Below, one piece after another: positions 37,173 through 49,632 of a DNA stretch of 64,000 bases; position 1 is the stretch's first letter, and each line of letters opens with the position of its first letter. A model generated the notes under the pieces. It did not search any database and was not told where the DNA came from. It was given only the letters and a program-made list of their open reading frames with translations. A program made the translations under genes and the position numbers. This DNA is from Octopus vulgaris (taxonomy: Eukaryota): assembly GCA_951406725.2 (NCBI GenBank), contig OX597816.1, positions 48,608,001-48,672,000 on the forward strand. Reading direction: 5' to 3'.

Positions 37173-37178
37173 AATAAA
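37173..37178 (+). promoter_or_regulatory. Candidate polyadenylation signal AATAAA
   Basis: About 90 nt after the stop in an AT-rich 3' UTR; ATTAAA alternatives further downstream. Confidence 0.4.
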
Positions 37179-40100
37179 TATAATATTCATTGAAGCACTG
37201 AAATAACCATATTTTCATAAAACAGACAATTTAAAGTCTCATTTAAAATTAAATACAATTTGCAATTATTTAATTATATTTGTTTAGTTTCTTTCTTTAT
37301 TGTTTTGTTCTTGTTTTACTGTTGTGAACTCCAAATATTAAATTATCTAATTACTTCTAAGGGGCAGCATGTCTTCACTAATGCGAAGGCCCATGGCTCA
37401 GTGGTTAGAGTATCAGGCTCATAACCATGAGATAGTGAGTTCAAATTCCGCCGAGGTCGACTTTGCCTTTCATCCTTTCAGGGTCGATTAAATAAGTACC
37501 AGTTACGCACTGGGGTCAATATAATCAACTTAATCCATTTGTCTGTCCTTGTTTGTCCCCTCTGTGTGTAGCCCCTTGTGGGTAGTAAAGAAATGAGATA
37601 GTGAATTTGATTTCTTGAGCAAGACACATTAGTGAAGACATAGCTACTACCTTTGAGATTACCTCTTTGGCCCTTAAACTGGCTGTCTCTGGCCCAAATA
37701 TTCTCCCTGTTTTATGCTTAAACTGGCTGGAGCTGGGCCCTCACACCTTCTTTTCAGAGTAATCCTAAAAACGAACAATCTCTATGGTTTGAGTCTCAGA
37801 GTCTCAATGTTCTACAATTTGCCAAAAAGCTAAAAATAAAGAAAAGAAATTGCATGTGTTGTAATTGTATCTCAGTTAGTCATTAGATTGAGTATCCCCT
37901 ATTGGAATCAAGGTGAAGGAGAGTTATAGTCAAAAACTTTCAAAGTTTGACCATCCTGCCTTTTTAAGGAAGTGTATTTAGAACCACAGATAACATGTCC
38001 ACTCTGTTTCTAAGGTGATATGCTATTTCTACGACATCAAGTGACCCTATAAAGCTCCCTTGAGTCAAGGACGTCGACTACGCATAGAAAGGTATACTTG
38101 TAAATCGAGTTCTTGAGGATATTGACTTTACTATTATCTATATCTACTCTTCATGAGTTCAGACATGATGCCTGAGTGGATAAGGACGTTCTTGGAGTAC
38201 CTGTTTCGTAGTTTATAACTTAAAAATCTACCTATGGATTCTGATTGTGTTTTTAAGCAGAGCACTTTATTCTACAGTGTTTTAGTTTATATAAAGTAAA
38301 GACCCCACCTTTGGTCATGACCACGGGATTGCATCTAGAAAGTTCCCCTCTGAGGCACAAGTCTAGGCAAGGTTGCTTATGGAAGATCAGCAGTCGCCCG
38401 TGCACACCAGCCTCCCCTCTCCACGCCATCAGTGTTACCCAAGGGAAATGGCAAAGGCTAATACAGCTCGGCACCAGTGACACCGCCACCCATTTCTACA
38501 GCTGAGTAAACTGAACAATGTGAAATAAAGTGTCTTGCTCAAGAACACAACACACAACCCGATCCGCAAATCAAACTCACTATCTCATGGTTATTAGCCT
38601 GATGCTCTACCCACTGAGCCATGTGCCTTCACATTAGTCTATATAACAGTTGCACATTGATACTAATAGATCAGCAAAGGCTAGAGTCCACAAACAGCCT
38701 CAGTTCATCACATTTCCTTCTATTCCTTTACATGCCATGTTAGACAGATGCCATTTATCATGAGTCATCAAACTCAGCTTGTAATGGAGTGCACCATTCA
38801 ATGTACCATTTTCTATTTTTGTCAGAAGGAAAGCCAGTGCCTGTAACTTTTTGTGAAAAGGTTACAAGAACTACAACTGTTGAGAAGGTGGAGGAGGAAG
38901 GCGTCCTTAAACTGGAGACCTGATTCTAATACTTACATCAAAGGAGACTCCACTGTCAAAGGCACCCAAGGTGCCAAGCAACGGTGTTAAACTGGAGAGT
39001 GGATTAGGTCTTCTATCGAAGTTGGCTATGGTAGGATTTGAACTTAGAATGCAAAGAGCCTGTATAGCTATTTCAGATTACCAACCATTCAGCTTACCTC
39101 CTGGTAACTTGAAGTTGTGTTCAGCTTACCGGTGGGTAGGATGAGATCGATTTCAAATTATTCCTGGGGTAATTTGATATTGATTTCATTCTATCTTCTA
39201 CAAGTTCAGATTACCCCTCAAATTCTTCCCCAAATGTTTGTCTTCCTGATGGCAAATAGAAGAATCGTCATTATTTTTATTATTATCATTATTATATTAA
39301 GGCGGCGAGCTGGCAGAAATGTTAGCACGTTGAGAAAAAAATTTAATGGCGTTTCGTCTGTTTTTACATTTTGAGTTCAAATTCCACGAGGGTCGACTTC
39401 ACCTTTCATCCTTTTGGTACCAGTTAAGTACTGGGATCGATGTAATCGACTTGCCCCTTCCCCAAAATTCCAGGCCTTGTGCCATTAGTAGAAAAGATCG
39501 TTATAATAATTAATTAAGGCAGTGGACTAGTAGAATCGTTAGTATGCCAGGCAACATGCTTAGCGGCATTTCGTTCCACTTTACGTTCTGAGTTCAAATT
39601 CCACCGAGGTCGACTTTGTCTTTCACCCTTTCGAAGTCAATGAAATAGGTATCAATTGAACACTAAGGGTCGATATAATCGACAACCCACTCCTTCAAAT
39701 TTGAGGCCTTGTGCCAAATGTAAAAAGAATCACTACAGTTATTTTTTCTGTAGCTTATAAATATTATTACGAGAAAAGAATAATTTATAATACAGGTTTC
39801 ACAAGGGAGATAACAACCAAACCCATTAATGTGTGTTTTCTGTGTGTGTATCCGTTATGTACATGTGTATAAATCACAAAGCAAGTTTTGGAGCTTTCAC
39901 TTGCTTAAAGTTGTAAAAGTTGCAGAAATTTTATAAAAGTATATTTTTAAAAAATGACTACTTTTAGTGCATAACAAGAAGGATCTCTTCAGTTTGACTC
40001 ACAGATTTTTTAATTATTTGTTTTTTATCTAAACAGTTTGAAACTTCGTATACTGGTATAATTTCTCTCGCTGAACACGGGTTACTTTCAGTATTTTAAA

Positions 40101-40279
40101 GAAAATTTCGTCTTTTAGAAGTTATTTCCTGTTAATGTTGTATTTGGGTAATTTTAACCAATCAACGATGTGTATTCAACTGAAGAAACCTACTGCTGTT
40201 TGTGATAGTAATCGAAGAGCAACAACTTCCGGGTCTATAAAATCTGTGAGCCAAACCGAAGAGATCCCACAAGAAAAAT

Positions 40280-40978
40280 GTGACAATATTGATTTGATTT
40301 TTGATTATGTCGTTAACAACGAATATAGACTTCATGTGTCCAAAAATGTAAAGGTAGGCTTTCTGAATGTTTCACGGAGTGGCCAACTCTATTATTGTCA
40401 AAGAAGAGAGAGAGAGAGAGAAGGAGAGAGGGAGCTGAAAATGAAATAAAGAGAAGTATTGGTCATCCACATTCTGGATAAACAGGAGAATGTGATTAAA
40501 AGTATTCACATGGGCGTAGAGATAGTGAGGCTTGCTGCTTTTCAGAAGTAATTTTGCTATCGACAGAACCAAGGCTAAAATATTAGAGAGACTTTCCAGG
40601 TAAAATGTAGACAGAGATATCAAAGAGTTTGTTTTGTTTTGGGATCAGTGTCAGAAATTTAACCCCGTTTGCAAAACTAATAAAGGGAACCTCATCCAGT
40701 TTCTCTGCCAAATGAAGTGGTGGTCCAAATTGGTGTTGATATAACAAATCTGCCGGAAAAAAATTATGGTTATTGCTGTATTGTTGTAACTGACTACTTC
40801 TGCAAATGGCTTGAGGATTGACCTTTAAAAGATCACATTTCGGACGGTGGCACACCGTTTTCGTTTGGGGATGTTATTTGTTGACACAGGTGCATAAAAA
40901 TCCAGATTAATGATCAAGGAAGTGAGTTCGTTAACAAAATGTCAGCAGACCTCCATAAATTGACAGGAACACAACAGC

Positions 40979-40980
<2 letters not shown>
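40280..40980 (+). mobile_element. Decayed Gypsy-type integrase (Ginger/GIN-like or Gypsy) remnant
   Basis: Fragments QIGVDITNLP (~40726), VTDYFCKW (~40786), INDQGSEFVNKM (~40906), and upstream DIKEFVLFWDQCQK; frameshifts and stops; broken off by (AT)n. Confidence 0.75.
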
Positions 40981-41035
<55 letters not shown>

Positions 41036-41149
41036 CCTGCTCGCTTAGCCAGCGGGGTGGCGTCATTCGAAGGCTAAAACAATGCGAACGCATTGTGACC
41101 AGCGATGTGTAGCAACATCTGATGGTCTGGTCGGTCACGTGATCCACGT

Positions 41150-41184
<35 letters not shown>

Positions 41185-42223
41185 CAAGCGCTTATTTAGT
41201 GGCGTATGGTGGTTGTATTGGGTGTACTGTCACCCAATGCCACCAAATTTCAAGCAAGAGTATAACAAAAGTTTTCCATTAAAATTTGTAATTAAATTAA
41301 CTAATAAGGTTACTATCTATAATGAATTTGCCATTCTCGATGGGTGTGCAGCGCACGCCTAGTACACCCGGTGCTTATCACTCTCAAGCAAATAAGCTTG
41401 TGTAGAGGTGCGTGGCTTAGTGGTAAAGGTATTGGATTCAGGATCGTAAGATTGTGGTTTCGATTCCTGGAATGGTGACACAACGTGTTCTTGAGCAAAA
41501 TACCTAATTTCACGTTGTTCCAATCCACTCAGCTGACAAAAATGAGTAATTCTGCGATGGACCACAGTCCCGTTCAGGTGAGGAATGTATACGACATGGA
41601 AACCTGGAAACTGGCCCTTAGGAGTCAGCATGACTCGAGAAAGTAGCTTTACCTTACCTTGTGGAATGTCAGAATTGAACTGTTGAAGATATTTTTATCC
41701 ACTCCCCCGAGGACTGTCCCAACTGGGCTGAATGCTTACCAGCAGTTCTGGTTTTGCTTAACGAACAGCTAAACGTTACTACTCTTCTGAACAGTATTAT
41801 AATTCCTCAAGTTGTTTCTAATATAAATATAGTGTAGTCTGTTTAAAAAACGAACAATATGATAGAAAACACAAGCGACAGCTGTTTAGTGTTGGAAATA
41901 AATTTCTGCTCAAAAACCTTATACAAGAGAACAGAAAGGAAGGGACATTTTTCGGAGTGCTGCACTGTTCCTTATACTTTTGCAAAAGTTTTTCTGTCAA
42001 AAATACCGATCGATTTCCAGTCAAATAACAATAAAGTGCTTGAAAAAGAAGTAAATGTCAACAATATCATCCAAAATACTGAGCAACCACTAGCAAGAAA
42101 AAACGGAAATCAAGATACCCTTACTTCAAACTAACTGCAGGTTTTTTTGGTTTTTTTTTATGTATATAAGGATATATTAGACTAGCAATATAAACTATAT
42201 AAATAACTTTCATTTTTGTATAT

Positions 42224-42567
42224 AGGCGCAGGAGTGGCTGTGTGGTAAGTAGCTTGCTTACCAACCACATGGTTCCGGGTTCAGTCCCACTGCGTGGCAC
42301 CTTGGGCAAGTGTCTTCTACTGTAGCCGACCAAAGCCTTGTGAGTGACGGAAACTGAAAAGAAACCCGTCGTTTATATGTATATAAATATGTTTGTGTGT
42401 CTGTGTTTGTCCATGTTGGTGTGTCTCCATAAACTTAGCAGTTCGGCAAAAGAAACTGATAGAATAAGTACTTGGCTTACAAAGAATAAGTTCTGGGGTC
42501 GATTTGCTCGACTAAATGCGGTGCTCCAGCATGGCCGCAGTCAAATGACTGAAACGAGTAAAGAGTA
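42224..42567 (+). mobile_element. tRNA-derived SINE (family A)
   Basis: Head GGCGCAGGAGTGGCTGTGTGG and family tail. Confidence 0.85.
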
Positions 42568-42722
42568 AATAAATCATTCTATACGCATCTTAAATGTATA
42601 AACATATTCTGTTTGGTACATAAAATGGATATCGTTTGCATTTAAAGTGTATTACTATACGCTGTTTTGTATAATATGTTTCAATCGTATTTGAATCTTA
42701 TAAATTTGCTTGTAATTATATT

Positions 42723-43185
42723 TCTTCTTCTTAATCCTTTTTTCCTCTTGTGGAGAATAGGGCATCAACAGTTGTTTTCTACTTTTTGCGGTCATTGGTG
42801 TGTTTCTTGGCTGCTTCCCATGTCAGGCCAGTGGTCCTGAGCTTCCATGTCTGCTTCGGGCGTCCTCGCTTCCTTTTCCCCAGCAGGTTCCAGTAAAGTG
42901 CTTGTCATGTCACATTTGAGGGTTCTTTCCGCAGTATGTGTCCGATCCATCTCCATTTCCTTCGTCTAATCTGAACATGTAAGGGCTCCTGGTTGACCCT
43001 TTCCCACAGGTCGGTGTTCGGCACTCTGTCGAACCACTTCAGATGGAGGATCTGCCGGAGACATCTGTTAATAAAGGTCTGGATCTTCTTGTAGTTGTTG
43101 CAGGTGGCTCTCCATGTTTCAGAGCCATATAAAAGCACAGACTTTACGTTTGAACTAAATAATTGGAGTTCAGTTCGAGTTACAT
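42723..43185 (-). mobile_element. 3' end of a second, distinct RTE-clade LINE family
   Basis: ORF 42905..43189: VKSVLLYGSETW...RRRKWRWIGHILRK; continues GKRKRGRPKQTW; short (AAG)n tail. Confidence 0.88.
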
Positions 43186-43499
43186 TCACTTGTCAATAAT
43201 TTTGAACTGAAATAACAGTTATAAATTATCAGAAAGCAAAACAAAACTAATACTTTCAAATGCAAACAAAATATGTATTTATACACTTCAAATACAAATG
43301 AAATATATTTATGAAGAAAAAAATTCTTCGGCAATAAATCCTCTAATCCAAAGCAGTTTCTCATTAGATATAACAATCACATTAGTAGAATAAACTATCC
43401 TGCTACGACTGGGTGACCGAGGAATTAAACAGAGTAACGTATATGAAGTAACTTTACATGAAGGCATGAGACGTCCAGTTTTCTATAATTCCCACCGTT

Positions 43500-43700
43500 T
43501 CATGGTTCCGGCACAGGAAATGGAAAAGGCGTTGCCCCTTTGGATGGCGAGGGAAATGCACTGGAACAGCCGCTCTGACTCACAAGACTAGCCATCTCCG
43601 CCTCGAAAGCTGTGAGTAGGGATACGATCCGGGGGCTCAGAACATCAAAGGTCTACACTGCCACAGGCTCAACCATAAACCTGCCAGAAAGCAAACGGTT
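43500..43700 (-). mobile_element. CRE-like (restriction-like endonuclease) non-LTR 3' remnant
   Basis: Minus strand reads EPVAV*TF and ESERLFQCISLAIQRGNAFSI, resembling the C-terminal LFQRLSIAIQRGNA motif. Confidence 0.65.
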
Positions 43701-46129
43701 CCTCGACAGTTATTTGCAAACTCAGAATTCAAAGTATTCTTACATTTACACCAATCCATCTACCTAGATTAGACGCTGGAAGGATGAAAGTTAAAGTTTA
43801 CCTCGACTGGATTTGAACTCAGAACGCAGAGAGTCTCGGCATGCTCTGTGCAGAAACCGGCAGAAATTAGTAAAATTCTTTATGAATTTCTTAATCTAAA
43901 TCATTTTGCATTTTATACACGGAGAATTTAAAAGCTGATTCGAAATAAATACGCAGAGAAAGTACTACAGCACCTAGGGGAGATAACTCTCAAACATGCT
44001 TTGGTAGTGTTGCGATTACGTGCGAGGTATACTTTTTTATTACTTAACCTAAATGGCGAAAGAATCACGAAGGAATTGTGATTATCTGACAGAGGTCGAG
44101 CGGAGAAATTCTTCTGGCTTCGAAACTTCAAATACATTTACGATAACAAGATTTAATTTTTTTTAGTCTAAATTTGTTTTCGTCAATTCAGTCAAAATAG
44201 GGCTTGCTTTAATCAAATATCCCCTTCTATCCAATTCAAGTCTTTATGCTAACGTCAGAACCTATTTAATTTAAACGTTTTTTTTTTGTTTTTTTATTTT
44301 GCTTGCGGGTAGGGGAAGCGACTCTGGCAATTGTGATTCATTTCTAACTATTTCGCTAAGTATAGTGAAGGATATATGTTTAAAGTTCACGTCCTGGCTG
44401 GTGAAAAAGTGAAAAAAAAAAAATTATTATTTTGTTTACATAAAAGTTTAAACAAAAAATGAATATCTGAATTGTATATCAGTTCGGACCAAACCGATCT
44501 GGTGGTTTTACTGAATAAACAGTTTATCATGGTAGAATAGTTGATGTTTTTGTAGTTCTTTTTTTTTTTTCACGAATAAGTGAATCACCAGACATAAACG
44601 ATATCAGCCAAGGAACGGAGTCCAGAGGCCCTGTTTTTAAGCAAGTTCGGTTCCTCAGCACATGGTTGTAGCTCATCGAAAATTAGAAGACCGGCTCAAA
44701 CGCGCAGTAACGAAGTATGATCCTGATGACACTGAATAAGATCCATCTTAGAAAGGGCAGAGGATCGACTTCTTCCCTATGCGACTAGCTAATAACAAAA
44801 TGTAGAGCTAAAGTTCTGTGCAAAATTGCACCATCTTAATCAAATTCTGCACTTTTGTTGCGGTAAAACTTCTAATTTTCCCCGATTGCTGTTTACAGTG
44901 GAAGAAATGGTAAGCTTCGTGAGATTCAAACTGGTGAGTAAACGCCGCTTAATCTTCAGCATGTGGTACGTGAATAGAAAACAGCATAGATTTATTTCTA
45001 GCGCTACCCCCAGGCATTTTCTGTGTTCCACTCTTCATTTAACCGACCGAATTGTCGGCTTGACCATTTGACGCCCGACAAAGTAGTGGCGATGAAAGCT
45101 TGTGTCTAAAGCAATTCCGTCGCGTGAATTCTGGCATAATATAAACCGTTATGTCGCTAACTAGAACGTGTGTAAAACCGTGGTAACGAAACAACTTCAT
45201 AAACTTTCAATAGAGGTGGAGAAAGTCATCACATGCGTTGTGCAAATGTCGACCCCCTTTTGCATGTGTGTTCGTTATGATGAGCAGGTACAAACCGTCA
45301 TTGATCACATGAATCTAACGTCATGGTTCTGTTCGCTACTCCCATGGTCACCTACATCGGTGAGCTTCCGGTACAGGAACAAGGGCCCGGGAACAGGGGT
45401 GTAGCGGGTGCACCTGCACCCTGTGGAATTTTCAGGTGGTGCAAGATCAAAATTTGCACCCCCTACATAATTTTACCAGTTTCAGAAAATAGTGTCTAAG
45501 AAAATTATCTGTATAAGATGCTTGAAGTTAAATTTCGTTTCAAAGCAAAAACAAAGAACAAAAATAAATAAATAAAAGTGATGAAGCTGGGCTTAAAATT
45601 CCCAAGGGAATTTATGACTAACCAACTTCTGAAGCAAAATAGCGTCAAAATAAAAAGTATGTGACGACAACAACAGTAGCAGCAAACAACAAGAACAACA
45701 ACATGACCAGCATCTACGGCTACTCTTCAATACATAGCATTACTTGGATTCTTGAAGACAGCTCTATTCTGACAAAAATAACTCCAAAATCTTGCAATGC
45801 TGAAAATGTCCTCTCTCAGTCTGTCACCTCTCTCAAGTTCTTTGTAGTTGATGTTGCTAAAGACTGACGACATGGTTGAATGGATTCAACTGTTTGACCT
45901 CAGCCTAAAAATAAAAGCCCTTTAAAAAATTCTTTCAGTCATATCGGTTTTCTCATTTAGGTTGTTAGGTCCAAAGTTTGACAAGGAAACAAAATGATTT
46001 ATTTTTGTCTTTGATATTTAATGCTCATTGTTAAATGCTTTGATACTTATTGCTCATTCGAAATACTAGTCCAGTTTAATAAAAAAAATATCTTGAAAAG
46101 AAACATTTAACTATAAATGATTGCAGACC

Positions 46130-47690
46130 AACCCCGAAATGACCTAATTTGCAAAGAAATGTATTCAACAATTTCAGACTAATTTATATAAAAAGGAAAT
46201 TATATTAAAAGCATCAGCTACCGTCATCCTGACGCGGTTAACCACGAAGAGGTGCTTTTTTTTTTTGCTCATAAGTCTAACCCTAGCTGAGGCCAGCACA
46301 CAGGCTAATATGTTTTTAACAGGGGTTTTTAATTTTACTAATCTTAGCTGGTCCGAGGATTATATCCAGCCTGGAACTAAGCAACTGAAGTGGAGGGATA
46401 TGAACCCTTTTCTCGATACAACAAAAGACGTTCCCATACAACAAATCATTACCCGTCCAATTAGGGGAAAATAACATACTCGACTTTGTTTTTATTCACA
46501 ATGTTCAGGTCATTCCCACAGCTATTTCCAACCAAAGCATTATACAATTATCTGTATATGGTACAAAGAAATATCCGACTCGCAGCATGGATTTCTACCC
46601 TGAAGATCTTGCCTAACAAATCTTCTCCTTCTTGAAGAATGGATTACAAGGACCATGGATGAAAAATACTTGGTGGGCGTGGTATTTTTGGACTTCGCAA
46701 AGGCGTTTGACTCCGTTAATCACTGACTTCTCTTGTGCAAACTTCGAGCATTCAAGATTCATCCATTGGTGACTTTGTGGATTTCTTCCTTCCTGAGCTA
46801 CCGAATCTTTTGGGTGCAGATAAATGGAGATCTCTCCTCGGAGACGAATGCATGCAGCGGCGTTCCCCAGGGGTCGGTGCTGGGGCCAATACTTTTTCTT
46901 CTCTATATCAACGACCTGCCAGATTTTCTTGATGGAAGAGTTCTATTTGCAGACAACGTCAAAATTGTGTCACCTAGGAATCAATACGATATACTTCAAT
47001 CGTCGCTGAACCGAGCTTGTAATTGGGCGGAAGAATGGAATCTGAACTTGAACGCCTCAAAATGCAGCCGTTTGCCAACAGGTTCACCTCCAAACTCTCC
47101 CTTGACTATTGGCCACAAACATCAACATATTAAGATGGTCACTGAAGAAAAGGATCTCGGCATAATGATCGATACTACTTTCAAACTACCACGGCAGGGT
47201 ATCGAGGCGGCGAACAAAGCCAGAAGGAATCTTATCCTCATCCACCGATCCTTTGTCAACCCTTCAATGAACGTCTTTTGGCCTGTATATATCACTCTAG
47301 TTCGACCCATCCTCGAATATTGCATGCATACCTCAAACCCATATCTCCAGAAAGACATTCAGCACCTGGGACGGGTTCAACACTTGGCCACCCGAATGGG
47401 CGCGGGCTTGTCTAGGCTTGCGTAAGAGGAACATCTCCAACGGCTGGCATTGCCTTTACTCAAACGACGGAGGATGCAGGGAGATCTCATCCGACTTTCA
47501 ACATCTTCAACGGACATGTAAACCTACCATTTGTGGAGATTTTCACCCCTGCGCCGGATAGAGGTCTTCGTGGGCATGATCGCAAACTCTATCCCCGACA
47601 CTTTCGTTTCAACAGGCGGAAGGCCGCATTCTCTGTCCTTATCGCAGCCCCATGCATAATCCGTATCACAGCCCCGTACATAATCCAAGC
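46130..47690 (+). mobile_element. CR1-like LINE remnant (endonuclease piece and reverse transcriptase)
   Basis: VFLDFAKAFDSVNH (~46679-46723); ORF 46733..47425 with SGVPQGSVLGPILFLLYINDLP, LFADNVK, EKDLGIMID, LVRPILEYC; later RRMQGDLI and RGHDRKL. Confidence 0.92.
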
Positions 47691-48865
47691 GAATTCTTTG
47701 ATCCCACAACTCAAGTGCAGAGACACAACTTAAAATTAATATCATGGAAGTTGATATACATGCGGCTATTAATGATTTAGACCCAAACTCAGCATCTGTA
47801 CCAAATAGTATTCCAGTTATGTTGCTAAAAAACGTGCAAAAACCACCTCATGAAATCATTAAAGTTACTATTTCAAAAGTCGCCAGATACCGCCATATTC
47901 CCGAGACTATTGAAAGAAGCTATAATAAAACCTATATAGGTACAAAGGAGGTAGCAGTGCTGAAGCTAAAAATTACAGACCTGTTTCCCTCACGCCTTAC
48001 ACGTCTAAAATTATCCAATGCCTTGTCCGAAGACAAAAAGTAATAACATACCTGGAGGAAAACAACTTAGATGACACTCGGTATAGGTTTCGGACTGAAC
48101 GAAGTTGCCTGTCACAATTCTTACAGCATCATAACACTACCTCTAATAATCTCTTAAGGGGAAAGATCATTGACTGTTAAAACCTTGATATTGTTAAGGC
48201 GTTTGATAAGACTGATCATCTGTCATAATTTAAGAAATCTTGGTATCACAGGAAAAGTCGGAGAATGGTTCTTTAACTCCCTATATGGTAGGAGTCAACC
48301 TATTACTGCAAATGTATTTCTCTCTAAGTTACCTGTAATACGTCGTATACGTCAGGGAATGAATTACACAAGAATATCGATGGCTAGGAGCTAAACCAGA
48401 AAAAATACGAAAATTAGTACATCAAAATTTCAGCTTCTTCATTACAAACGAATTCACCCAAATCGCAATATTTGACACAAGGTAACATAATGATTCGGAA
48501 CACTAATGACATACAGAACTTAGGTATAATCATGTCAAATGATACATTTTCCATCAGCCATATTATCAAACTAACCTTTAAATGCAGCAAACTCATAGGC
48601 TGCATCCTACGAACGTTCATGACAAGGGAACCGGTAGTTAGTTTTATTTTTAGGGGAAACCCTAGTTCTGAGCAGTTTATATTACTGCTTACAATTTTAA
48701 TCTTCTAACTCATCCAGTCTCATAGATGAAATTGAAGGGTTACAAGGAATGTTCATTGGTAAAATACCTTCAGTTAAAAGTCTTATTTACCGAGAATGTC
48801 TGAAATGCTGAGTCTCTTGACACCAAAGAGAAATATATACTATCACATTCATATGGAAAATTGTT

Positions 48866-49146
48866 GGGGGACATATGGCGTAGTGGTTAAGAGCGCGGGC
48901 TCCTAACCCCAAGATTCCAAGTTCGATTCCAAGCAGTGACCTGAACACTAACAACAACAACAACAATAATAACATCGAAAAATACCTTAGGAATGAGAAC
49001 ACAGGTTCGAAATTTCCCCAAGACACCTGAAGAAGGCTGGAGGGTATATCAGCCGAAACGTTGTGTTAACAGCAAACAAGATGAGGACAAATATCCATCG
49101 AATGTAAATAATGTATATAATTCCTCATCTCTAAAATATAGAACTG
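48866..49146 (+). mobile_element. tRNA-headed SINE-like element carrying a hammerhead ribozyme motif
   Basis: A box TGGCGTAGTGG (48876-48886), B box GTTCGATTCC (48921-48930), (AAC)n linker, hammerhead 49022-49067; splits the LINE reading IWKIV|EGHVPN; flanks TGTTGGGGGACAT / TGTGGAGGGACAT resemble a TSD. Confidence 0.8.
49022..49067 (+). ncRNA. Minimal type-I hammerhead ribozyme motif
   Basis: GACAC-CUGAAGA-A-GGCUG-gagggtatat-CAGCC-GAAA-CG-U-U-GUGUU: stem I 5 bp, intact core, stem II 5-6 bp, palindromic AACGUU in place of helix III. Confidence 0.75.
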
Positions 49147-49632
49147 TGGAGGGACATGTTCCAAACTTCGGCACTAGAGAGAGTTTTAATGCACGAACAT
49201 TTATATACTCTAAGCTTGCAAATATACTACCCTCGAAATTATGGGTTAAAATACTCTATCGTAACAATCTGACATTTAGAGTCCCTCAACTATTCAACTA
49301 CCTATCTAAATTAAAAGAAATATAAAAGAGACTTCTACTGAAACTTTAAAAAAACCCCTCCCAAAACTCATCAGATGAACTCTTAACGATACCTTAGAAG
49401 TCAACTATTCAAGGATGATGCATTCAGAGGAGAACAGCTGCTAGAAAACTCAATCATAGACCACCTTCCAGTCAAGAAGCAACAACAAAACCTAATTGAA
49501 AATACATTAAGGCGGTGTTCCAGAATGGCTGCAGTGCTATCATTAAAAATACGCACACACACACACATAGGCGCGTGAATATGTGTGTGAGTTTGTGTGT
49601 GAGCTGATATGTGATTCATATTGTTTCAATAA

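Larger units (their letters stand above)
47700..49540 (+). mobile_element. Second, more decayed CR1/Jockey-like LINE, interrupted by a SINE
   Basis: AAINDLDPNSASVP, YRPVSLT (frameshifted), YRFRTERSCLSQFL, KAFDK, LGITGKVGEWF, LIGCILRTF, and IWKIV|EGHVPN split by the insertion. Confidence 0.8.

Noticed and set aside
44716-44768. Hammerhead at CTGATGA...TAAGATCCATCTTA-GAAA
   Set aside because: Seven unpaired nucleotides before the stem and no UH cleavage triplet after GAAA
48866-48941. Functional tRNA gene (also SINE heads at 12099 and 57648)
   Set aside because: A and B boxes are present but acceptor and T stems do not pair properly, and each head runs into a repeat body
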